A stretch of 64,000 nucleotides of DNA from Candidatus Goldiibacteriota bacterium HGW-Goldbacteria-1 (GTDB lineage: Bacteria; Oederibacteriota; PGYV01), in the NCBI GenBank assembly GCA_002839855.1, contig PGYV01000006.1, positions 16,367 to 80,366 on the forward strand. Reading direction: 5' to 3'. The first letter of the stretch is position 1; each line of letters begins with the position of its first letter. Both the position numbers and the translations under genes were made by a program. The notes under the pieces were generated by a model, which did not search any database, was not told where the DNA came from, and saw only the letters and a program-made list of their open reading frames with translations. This document shows, piece by piece, positions 29,201 to 36,893 of the stretch.

Positions 29201-30932
29201 AGCCACGTTTACCGCCTCAATCACGCCCACGCGGATTGATGACCTTTTTATTGACTGCGCGTCCAATGATAATTACACAGACGGGCAGGGAAATATCTGG
29301 CTTGCGGATCAGGCGTATGGCGGCGGCAACGCGTGGGGATATGTCACAGCAGGTTCCACAAATGACTGGTACACCGGCGAGATTACCTTAACAAATGATG
29401 ACGAACTGTATCAAAGCGAAAGGTGGTCGGGCAGCGGCAATACACTTTTACAGTATAACGCGGATACGGGAAATGGGATGTTTGAAGTTGAACTTCATTT
29501 TACAGAAGGGTTCTGCACGGCTGCGGGATGCAGGCAGTTTAATATCGCCCTTGAATCGCTTACAGTTGAAACCAATCTTGATATATACGCGGAAACAGGC
29601 GCGCAGCGTGCGGCGCTTGTAAAAACTTATTACGTTGAAGTTACAGACGGCACTTTAAATATTAATCTTACTCAGGGAAGCGCGGACTGGCCGCTTATTA
29701 ACGCGATAAGGATAAGTACGTATTATCCTCCCACAAACACGCCTACAAATACAGTCCCCGAGACACCCACATATACTTTCAGCGCCACAAGTACGTTCAG
29801 TAATACGCATACATATACAAATACACAAACTTATACTCAGACTCCCGTATCTACAAGCACTTATACTGATACCGCCACGCACACTTACACGGACACATAT
29901 ACTGAAACCGCCACAAACACACCTGTAAATACAGACACAAATACAAACACCGCCACATACACGCATACATACACGGTAACTGATACAGCCACAGACACGC
30001 ATACAGCAACCATAACTTATACCCCTTCGGATACGGTTACAGGCACACCGCCGTCAACGCACACGTTTACGGACACGCCCACAGAGACTTACACATATAC
30101 ATTCACACAGACTTATACTGAAACTCCTGCAGACACGTTTACGCACACCCCTGAAAATACCAATACAAATACACCCCAGGATACTTTCACACATACTTAT
30201 ACAGCCACATACACTTATACTTCAACAAATACAAACACAAGCACAGAAACATATACGCCTACTATTACGAATACCTTTACAGACACAATTACACCCGGCG
30301 GCCCCACGCTTACGTTTACTGATACGCCGACAGAAACCGGCACACCCACGCACACACATACAAGCTCAAATACAAACACCGCAACAAATACAAACACAGT
30401 TACTGATACGGCGACAAATACAGCAACTGATACCGTAACCCATACAAATACATACACCGCAACATTTACCGCCACATACTCACAGACACCGTCATATACA
30501 TCATCACTTACAGAAACTCCTGTTTTTACGCAGACACACACGTTTACTTATACGGCCACAGAAACGCCTGTCTTTACAGCAACACCGACATATACAAAGG
30601 TTCCCGCGGACAAACAGGAAATTACAGAAGTACTGCCATACCCAAATCCGTTTAACCCGTCGCGTTATAACTATGTAAGGATATCATTTAAAATAGCGCA
30701 GCCGGATACAGAACGCCTTTCGTTGAGGATATATTCATCGTCATACAGATTAATAAGGGAAGTATCGTACGAACGTGATGCCCTTACGCAGATTGTGAAC
30801 AGGGGATACATACAATACGAATCCAAACACCTTGAAACTTTATCCAACGGCACATACTATTTTGTCCTTTTAGCCGGAGAACAGGGCGACGAAACAAGAA
30901 GCAGGGTGCAGAAGATTATAATTATTAAATAG
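26217..30932 (+). CDS. secreted GH116-like (GBA2/DUF608-type beta-glucosidase family) enzyme with two malectin-like CBMs, a ~290-aa alternating-Thr region and C-terminal sorting domain
   Basis: A TTG start follows RBS GGGAGAAAA. The N-domain motifs PIGGFGAGTITW and LFPFAWVNYSG resemble the GH116 N-terminal domain and are followed by an (alpha/alpha)6-like region. Malectin-like domains IRVNCGGAAH...TERWG and IDCASNDNYTDG lie at about 28565-29010 and 29240-29710. The C-terminal domain lies at 30600-30929. Confidence 0.6.
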   Translation: MLRRTLFTVMVLLVFITGLRASSIIPTQAWSRDVGASGYTDGAPIGGFGAGTITWKNNGDFYLSRLDIGAGDETGTFTAANTNCKFFMYQKPASGAATVQRLDSANLGTGQAVYNSLFPFAWVNYSGSRFNVKAKVTQYSPLIPEDYQRVSYPVGVYEWELTNPTTQNYDAAIMLTWENPYGSSASLVTDGNYTGLVLNKAGTGTPTLETQGEFCLASLSSANVTVTRMSAANRAALETDFSTDGALSNTVGSNTIGAVAFKVTLAPGQTVRIPIILSWDIPITQSQYNAKWYRKYTQHFNRLGTNSWAIAREALADRSVWEQKLDEWIHRITDNPNYPEWLKSMLLNEMYIYFTAGTYWEAGAASGQADNPSENMFSHLESYIYDFYGTSDVRFYGSWALFMNWPEIDKQCIKQFSDSVYNNRSDRPAGLGTTAHDIGSRADVFTRWNAYVYRDSTNWKDLNSKLVLMVYRDWHLTGRTDSAFLDYCWQPCKIAMEKTATQDADGDGLPDSNGIDQTYDDMDLTGDTSYCGGLYLASLLAAKEMALAKGETALAQTYQDRFDFAQPNFESQLWTGQYYRIDTDSHDPTRIMSDQLCGQWYNKALGLPGIVSDANAVSSFQKIYDNNFAKFGNGTHGVINVMNANGTIDTTSSQTEECWVGTSWGVAAGMIHQGMEAQADDIGQSLLNTIWNTGQYWFRTPEAFRVNLTIPRAFYYMRATAVWAVKHAYDSVHPVPTYTPSPTATNTNTWDPAYPTYTFTNTATATNTSTYTHTATVTPTFADIRVNCGGAAHNDGTHIWAADYGYTAGTAAGPSGAVAGAPAGQGTLYQTERWGMSAYTFNNIPFGTYDITLKFAETYSGAYSVGARVFDVFIEGTRVLDDFDIFAEAGASTALDKVFSAVQVSDGVLNITFSASVDNANITAIEVVLVSQMPTSTHTSTATRTPTATSTYTATDTQTPDPLWTKTFTYTYTDTATNTATYTYTNTYTITNTPTATFTASITPTRIDDLFIDCASNDNYTDGQGNIWLADQAYGGGNAWGYVTAGSTNDWYTGEITLTNDDELYQSERWSGSGNTLLQYNADTGNGMFEVELHFTEGFCTAAGCRQFNIALESLTVETNLDIYAETGAQRAALVKTYYVEVTDGTLNINLTQGSADWPLINAIRISTYYPPTNTPTNTVPETPTYTFSATSTFSNTHTYTNTQTYTQTPVSTSTYTDTATHTYTDTYTETATNTPVNTDTNTNTATYTHTYTVTDTATDTHTATITYTPSDTVTGTPPSTHTFTDTPTETYTYTFTQTYTETPADTFTHTPENTNTNTPQDTFTHTYTATYTYTSTNTNTSTETYTPTITNTFTDTITPGGPTLTFTDTPTETGTPTHTHTSSNTNTATNTNTVTDTATNTATDTVTHTNTYTATFTATYSQTPSYTSSLTETPVFTQTHTFTYTATETPVFTATPTYTKVPADKQEITEVLPYPNPFNPSRYNYVRISFKIAQPDTERLSLRIYSSSYRLIREVSYERDALTQIVNRGYIQYESKHLETLSNGTYYFVLLAGEQGDETRSRVQKIIIIK

Positions 30933-31420
30933 AGGCTTGGACGCTTAGATGCTTAGATGCTTGGCAACATAGAGTCCGCGCGTTTTTGCTTTTGCTCTTG
31001 TAGGGATAGCGCTCCCGCGCTGTCCGGCTCTTTTTGTTTGGTATTAAATGTTTGGTAGGCGCACCTTTTAAGGTGCGGTAGTTGATTTTTTCTTTATGTT
31101 CTGGATCTTTTGTCCTGGTAGACGCGGGTCTTTAGCCCGCGGCAGTTATCTTGTCTTGGAACTTGTAGGGACGGCGTTCCCTCGCTGTCCGGTTCTTTTG
31201 TTGTCTGGTATTAAATGTTTGGTAGGCGCACCTTTTAAGGTGCGGCAGTTGATTTTAATCTGTGAATTAAATCAAAACAACGCGCCCTGAAAGGACGCGG
31301 CTACCACTGCCAAAACAAACTGACCCGCCGCCCCTCGCGTTTTAAACCGTCCCTCCGTGCATCTGTCCCTCCGTCCCTCGTGTTTTCCCAAGCCTCTAAC
31401 CATCCAAGCTTCCAAGCCTC
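30933..31420. repeat. composite palindromic intergenic element containing a duplicated ~95-nt unit
   Basis: Arms GAGGCTTGGACGCTTAGATGCTTAGATGCTTGG (30933-30969) and CCAAGCCTCTAACCATCCAAGCTTCCAAGCCTC (31385-31420). Hairpin A at 31054-31083 and 31220-31251. Hairpin B at 31116-31148. The unit CTTGTAGGGA..CGCTGTCCGG.TCTTTTGTT..GGTATTAAATGTTTGGTAGGCGCACC occurs twice. Confidence 0.8.
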
Positions 31421-31437
31421 AGTTGTTAAAAAAACAG

Positions 31438-31499
31438 TTGTCTGAACAAATAATTTCTGTTGACATCAGGCGGGATAATATATATACTTGTCCGAACAA
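31438..31499 (+). promoter_or_regulatory. sigma70-like promoter of the marR-OMF-RND operon flanked by two TTGTCYGAACAA palindromic boxes (candidate MarR operators)
   Basis: -35 TTGACA at 31460-65, a 17-nt spacer, -10 TATACT at 31483-88. TTGTCTGAACAA lies at 31438-49 and TTGTCCGAACAA at 31488-99. Confidence 0.45.
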
Positions 31500-31568
31500 C
31501 AATATAGTTGCTTAGACAAGTATTAACATTCCGTTAACTGTAAATTAGCGGAAGGAGAGCAGGTTGAG

Positions 31569-32051
31569 ATGACAGAACAGAAAAAGGATAAAAGCCTGAA
31601 TAACCAGGTGGGTTGGAACCTTTACCGCACGGGCATGATGATGCGCAGGGAAGGGGCAAGAATGCTTATGAGGTATAACCTTACCCCGGAGCAATGGCAG
31701 ATAATGATGATACTTGGAAGCAAAGGGGCGCTTACGCAGAAGGCGCTTGGCGATATTACGCTTCAGGACGCGCCTGCTGTTTCAAGGGCTGTTCAGCGCC
31801 TTATAGGAAAAAATTACGCCAAGAAAAGTTCAAGCGATAAAGACAAAAGGGCTGTGCAGGTGGAAATTACCGATAAGGGCGTGCTGCTTCTTTCGGATAT
31901 TGTATTAAGAATGAAAAAAGCGCACAGGGTTAAAGATATTTATCAGAACTTTTCTGATGCTAAAAAAAGGCAGCTTATAAAACTGCTTACTGAATTACGG
32001 TCAAATTTGGAAAATAATATACATCCGGATAACTTTGGAGGAGAAAAATGA
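31569..32051 (+). CDS. MarR-family transcriptional regulator
   Basis: A winged-helix region reads LTPEQWQIMMILGSKGALTQKALGD...DKRAVQVEITDKG. Confidence 0.85.
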   Translation: MTEQKKDKSLNNQVGWNLYRTGMMMRREGARMLMRYNLTPEQWQIMMILGSKGALTQKALGDITLQDAPAVSRAVQRLIGKNYAKKSSSDKDKRAVQVEITDKGVLLLSDIVLRMKKAHRVKDIYQNFSDAKKRQLIKLLTELRSNLENNIHPDNFGGEK

Positions 32052-33535
32052 AAAGATTAATAGCACTGGTTTTAAGCGCGGTATTTATCGCGGGCACGGT
32101 ATCGGCGGAGCCTTTGGCATTTAATGACGCTTTAAAAAACGCTTTTGAAAAAAATACATCCATAACAAAAGCGTATTCGGACTATAAAATTTCAAAAGCG
32201 GTGGTAGAACAGACATACGGCATGTTTGATGTAATGCTTGATGCCGGCGTCAATTATATAGAACAGAGGGACCTTGCAACTTCCCCGCTTTCGCCGTCCG
32301 AATTAAAAGTCCTTTCATATAATGTGGGGCTTTCAGAGAAAATATTCACAGGCGGGTTTCTTGGGTTAAAACTTACAAACGACAGAACCACAATGCTTTA
32401 TGGTGATATTGACCCCATGATGGCGGCGTTTTTAGGGCCGGCAGAAACATACGACCCTTCGCTTTCAATATCCCTTTCTCAGCCTCTGTTAAAAGGCGTA
32501 TGGGGCAGGCCTGATGAAAAAGCCATTGAGATAGGGAAAAAATCCATCCTTCTTTCAAAAGAAGCCCTGAAAAATACTGTTTATAATCAGATATCAGCCC
32601 TGCGTGAATCGTTTTATTTTGTATATATGTCCGATGAAATGCTGAAAACACAGAAAAAGCTGTACGAAGACGCAAGCAAGTTCTATAAGGAAACGCTGAA
32701 TTTAAAGCAGATAGGAATGAGGGAAACAAAAGATGTTTATCAGACGCAGGCTTCCTTATTATCGGCTGAAGCGGGCATTACACCTGCCGAGAATCAGCTT
32801 AAGTTTGCCAAAGAACAGTTTTTGAACCTTGCGGGTTACTCTGACGCGCAGTGGGAAAATATAGAAGTTGAAATGACAGGCGCTGTTGAAGAAATAGAGA
32901 TTCCCGGCGGACTGAATTCCCAAATGGAAGAAACCCTTGTTGATTTTCAGCCCGAAGTTGTAATGGCAAAGCTGGGGATGGATATGACCGGAATTGAAGA
33001 TGATATGAAATTCGCGGACATGCTTCCGGAACTTAACCTTATCGGCAGCTATGGAATTGACGGGCTTGGAACAGATATGGACGGTGCGTTTGATACTCTG
33101 TCCACAAATAATTACAATAACTTTATGGTGGGCGTGAATCTTAAATATTCATTTCCTAACAGGGGAAACATAGCCGCAAAAAGCCAGACAGAAGAAAAAC
33201 TGAAGAAAGCCCGGGAAGATTATGAATTTTTAAGAAGGCAGATGAAGATAATGATAAGGGACGGGTACAGAAAACTGCTTTCCGCTAAAAATGATTATGA
33301 AAAGAAAAAAGAAGCCACAGAACTTCAGAATAAAAGGCTTGGTATAGAAGAAAAAGATTTTAAACAGGGCAGGTCTTCAACAAGGGAACTGTTAATGGCG
33401 CAGACAGACGCTTCAACCGCAAAGTTAAGCGAGATAGGTTCTTTTATTACATATATTCAGGCGGTAAATAACTGGAGTAAAATTTCGGGAAAATATAACG
33501 GGTATTTTGAAGAATACCTTAAAGACAAGGAGTAA
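32048..33535 (+). CDS. outer-membrane efflux protein (TolC-like OEP family)
   Basis: A signal peptide is present and the length is ~495 aa. The architecture is two-repeat and coiled-coil rich. The gene overlaps marR by 4 nt and sits immediately upstream of RND pumps. Confidence 0.7.
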   Translation: MKRLIALVLSAVFIAGTVSAEPLAFNDALKNAFEKNTSITKAYSDYKISKAVVEQTYGMFDVMLDAGVNYIEQRDLATSPLSPSELKVLSYNVGLSEKIFTGGFLGLKLTNDRTTMLYGDIDPMMAAFLGPAETYDPSLSISLSQPLLKGVWGRPDEKAIEIGKKSILLSKEALKNTVYNQISALRESFYFVYMSDEMLKTQKKLYEDASKFYKETLNLKQIGMRETKDVYQTQASLLSAEAGITPAENQLKFAKEQFLNLAGYSDAQWENIEVEMTGAVEEIEIPGGLNSQMEETLVDFQPEVVMAKLGMDMTGIEDDMKFADMLPELNLIGSYGIDGLGTDMDGAFDTLSTNNYNNFMVGVNLKYSFPNRGNIAAKSQTEEKLKKAREDYEFLRRQMKIMIRDGYRKLLSAKNDYEKKKEATELQNKRLGIEEKDFKQGRSSTRELLMAQTDASTAKLSEIGSFITYIQAVNNWSKISGKYNGYFEEYLKDKE

Positions 33536-33538
33536 TTC

Positions 33539-36500
33539 ATGGGCCTGATACGTTATTTTGTAAAGAAAAGTATTTTAGTAAATTTAGTGGCGGTTTTCAT
33601 CACGTTAATCGGTTTCTTTATGTTCTTTACATCCGCAAAGGAAGTGTTTCCAAATATTCAGATGGGTTATATTGTAATAACAACCGTATATCCTCAGGCT
33701 GGTTCCGAAGAAGTTGAAAAGCTTGTCACCATACCCATTGAAAACGCCATAGAAGATGTTGACGGGATTGATAAAATCACTTCCTGGACATCTGAAGGCA
33801 TGTCAATGATAGGAATAGAACTTGTCGCTGACGCTAATATCAAAGAGGCTCTTGATGATATTGAAAAAGCGGTTGATGCTATAAGCGATCTGCCGGACGA
33901 AGCAATGGACCCCAATGTTTTTGAGATTGCGTCTGATATCTTTCCGGTTATTAATGTCTCTGTTTCCGGCGGCAAAGATTATGCACAGCTTAGGGAAGCT
34001 TCAAAAAGGCTTGAAGAAAGGCTTCTGGAAGTAAAGGGTGTGGGTGAAATTGAAATGTGGGGTTATTACGACAAAGCCCTTTGGATAGATGTAGACAAGA
34101 ACGAACTTGACAGATACGGCCTTACGCTTTTTAACTTCATTTCAACACTGCAGGACAGGGATATTTCAATGCCCGCGGGAAACAAGACGTTTGACAGGTA
34201 TGAATACGCGGTAAGGTTCCTGTCTCCCATGGACAGCAAAGAAGATGTTGAAAATGTAATCTTACGTTCTAATGATGCGGGCAGAAAACTTCAGGTAAAA
34301 AATGTCGCTGAAGTAATTGACGGTTTTCAGGACGAAGATATGTACCTGCGTTCGCAGGGCCAAAGGGCTGTTCTGTTTGATGTTTTAAAAAATCAGGGCA
34401 AAGACAGCATTAAAATAGCAAAGCAGGTCCGTGAAATAGCGCTTAACCTTGAAAAAGAATTCAACGGCGATATTAAAGTTTCATTTTCCAATGATATGTC
34501 CATTTACCTTCAGGACAGGCTGGATGTGCTTTATTCAAACGGCGCTTTTGGAGCGCTGCTGGTTGTGGGCATGCTTATGCTTCTGCTCCGCCCATCCATA
34601 GCTGTTTTTACCGCGCTTGGCCTTCCGGTGGCTTTTGGAATATCATTTTTTGCAACAAACCAGTTGGGCATTTCGTTCAACATGATGTCAATTTTCGGTT
34701 TCATAATGGTTCTGGGTATGCTTGTGGATGACGCGATTGTTGTCGGAGAAAATGTCTACCGGCATATGGAAATGGGAAAGGATACATATAACGCCGTTGT
34801 GGACGGGACATCGGAAATGATAATGCCGGTTATTGCTTCTGTGTCAACCACTATCGCGGCATTCTCGCCGCTGATGATGATTGGCGGCATGATGGGAGAA
34901 TTCCTATCTGCCATCCCCAAAGTTATAATTATTGCATTGGCAGCGTCTGTAATAGAATGCTTCTTTATTCTGCCTTCTCATCTGGCGGATTTTGTAAAGC
35001 AGAAAACGCGCGGTAAAGGCGAACAGTTACAGGAGCATTGGTTTGAAGTGCTTAAGGAAAAATACGGCAAACTTCTGGAAATATCCCTGTATAAAAGGGG
35101 TACAACCGCGGTTCTGATAGCCCTTATGTTTATTTTTGGAATAGGGCTTGAAATGAGAAACGGTTTTTCTTTTACTGATTCACAGGTAAATGAAATAGAG
35201 ATAAAACTAAAAACTAATAAAGAGTTTTCAGTGGATGATACGGAAAGAATTGTCAAAGATATAGAAAAAATAGTTTTGGAGCTTGATCCAAAAGACCTTG
35301 AAGCGGTTAACAGTTTTGTGGGTATGTGGAATTCCACAAACGGCCCGCCGACTTTTGCCCCGAATATCGGAAATATTGCGGTAATTCTTCATATAGAAGA
35401 TAACAGAAAGACGAAAGACGCCAATAAGATACTTGAAACGTTAAGAAACCGCATAGGCATGCCGGAAGGCGTAAAGACCCTTGATATTAAAGTTGTTAAA
35501 GGCGGCCCGCCGTCAGGCGAAGAAATTGATGTCGCCATATCCGCGGACAGTTTTGACAGGGCGGTTGCGGTTTCAGAAGAGTTTATGGAAGCGGTAAAAA
35601 AGATTAATTTTGCCGATACTAAAAAAGATTCCGCCGCGTTTTATAACCCTGTTGCTTCTTTAAATACGGATTTTGAAGAGGGCAAAAAAGAATTAAGGTT
35701 TGTTGTTGATGAAGCAAAAGCTTCAAGGGCGGGGGTAAACCTTACGCAGGCAAGTATAATAATGAGGTCCGCGATAGCCGGTTTTAAACTGAAAACCATT
35801 AAAAAACTGGGCGAAGACATAGAGGTTAAAGTAAGGGTGAACGAACAGTCAATTGCCACTATTGATGATGTGCTTCAGTTAAAGGTGCCAAACATGATGG
35901 GCAACAGGATTCTGCTGCGGGAAATCGTGAAAGTTGAACAGGGCACAACATATTCGCAGTTAAAGCATATTGACGGCAAAAAGAGCGTATCGGTAATTGG
36001 AACTCTTAAAAAACCCGTTAAAAAAGACAAAGGCGAATCAAACGTCGTTAAAGCAGAAGCGGATAAAACTGAAAAAACAAAGATAAAAAAAGAACCAAAT
36101 ATAAATGTTAACTTTTTTAACATGAAGATGAAAGGCGTTATTAAGGAATTTGAAGAAAAATATAAAGATGTGCGCTTTGAAACAGGCGGCGAGCAGGAAG
36201 CTATGGCGGAAGGTTTTCAGGATTTGGGAAAAGCTTTTGTTGTCGCGCTCTTTCTGATATTTATTATCCTTGCGACGCTGTTTAACTCGCTTGTTCAGCC
36301 GTTTATAATAATGCTTGCCATACCTTTTGGGTTTATAGGCGTTATGTGGACGCTTGTATTCCACGGCATGTCAATTTCATTTATGGCATTCATGGCGTTT
36401 GTGGGTTTAACGGGTGTTGTTGTAAATAATTCTCTTATTATGGTTTCTTTTATAAACGGCCTGATTGCGGAAGGAAAATCCTTTGAACACGCGATTATTG

Positions 36501-36790
36501 AAGGGTCTAAAACAAGATTAAGGCCGATAGTGCTTACGACTTTCACCACGGTAATCGGGCTTATGCCGCTGGGATACGGATGGTTTGGCGGAAATGACCC
36601 TATGATTACGCCTATGGCGGTTGTGTTTGCGTGGGGGCTGCTGTTTGCCTCTTTTGTAACGCTGTTCATTATTCCAAGTTTTATGGTAACTGTTAATAAT
36701 CTTAAAATTTCCATAAAAAGAAAACTTGGAAAAGGCGGGGAAGAGAAAAAGGCTTTCAGTAAGAAAGAAAGCAGTCAGAAGATAAGTTAA
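33539..36790 (+). CDS. RND efflux transporter (AcrB/HAE1-like), paralog 1
   Basis: The 1083-aa protein has 12 TM segments and two large periplasmic loops. Conserved RND motifs are GLPVAFG, VDDAIVVGEN and FNSLVQPFIIMLAIPFG. Confidence 0.9.
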   Translation: MGLIRYFVKKSILVNLVAVFITLIGFFMFFTSAKEVFPNIQMGYIVITTVYPQAGSEEVEKLVTIPIENAIEDVDGIDKITSWTSEGMSMIGIELVADANIKEALDDIEKAVDAISDLPDEAMDPNVFEIASDIFPVINVSVSGGKDYAQLREASKRLEERLLEVKGVGEIEMWGYYDKALWIDVDKNELDRYGLTLFNFISTLQDRDISMPAGNKTFDRYEYAVRFLSPMDSKEDVENVILRSNDAGRKLQVKNVAEVIDGFQDEDMYLRSQGQRAVLFDVLKNQGKDSIKIAKQVREIALNLEKEFNGDIKVSFSNDMSIYLQDRLDVLYSNGAFGALLVVGMLMLLLRPSIAVFTALGLPVAFGISFFATNQLGISFNMMSIFGFIMVLGMLVDDAIVVGENVYRHMEMGKDTYNAVVDGTSEMIMPVIASVSTTIAAFSPLMMIGGMMGEFLSAIPKVIIIALAASVIECFFILPSHLADFVKQKTRGKGEQLQEHWFEVLKEKYGKLLEISLYKRGTTAVLIALMFIFGIGLEMRNGFSFTDSQVNEIEIKLKTNKEFSVDDTERIVKDIEKIVLELDPKDLEAVNSFVGMWNSTNGPPTFAPNIGNIAVILHIEDNRKTKDANKILETLRNRIGMPEGVKTLDIKVVKGGPPSGEEIDVAISADSFDRAVAVSEEFMEAVKKINFADTKKDSAAFYNPVASLNTDFEEGKKELRFVVDEAKASRAGVNLTQASIIMRSAIAGFKLKTIKKLGEDIEVKVRVNEQSIATIDDVLQLKVPNMMGNRILLREIVKVEQGTTYSQLKHIDGKKSVSVIGTLKKPVKKDKGESNVVKAEADKTEKTKIKKEPNINVNFFNMKMKGVIKEFEEKYKDVRFETGGEQEAMAEGFQDLGKAFVVALFLIFIILATLFNSLVQPFIIMLAIPFGFIGVMWTLVFHGMSISFMAFMAFVGLTGVVVNNSLIMVSFINGLIAEGKSFEHAIIEGSKTRLRPIVLTTFTTVIGLMPLGYGWFGGNDPMITPMAVVFAWGLLFASFVTLFIIPSFMVTVNNLKISIKRKLGKGGEEKKAFSKKESSQKIS

Positions 36791-36893
36791 ATGGAAATCC
36801 CGGATTTATTTTACCGGGCATAACAGGCTGAATGTTATAATATAGTGGAAAGGCCGTTTACGGTTTTTCCACTATATATTTACAGGGGTGAAC

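Noticed and set aside
30985-31255. Duplicated ~95-nt unit as a possible tRNA or small structured RNA gene pair
   Set aside because: No tRNA cloverleaf could be drawn. The units are made of repeat-family hairpin A plus flanks, and are better explained as repeat-element duplication
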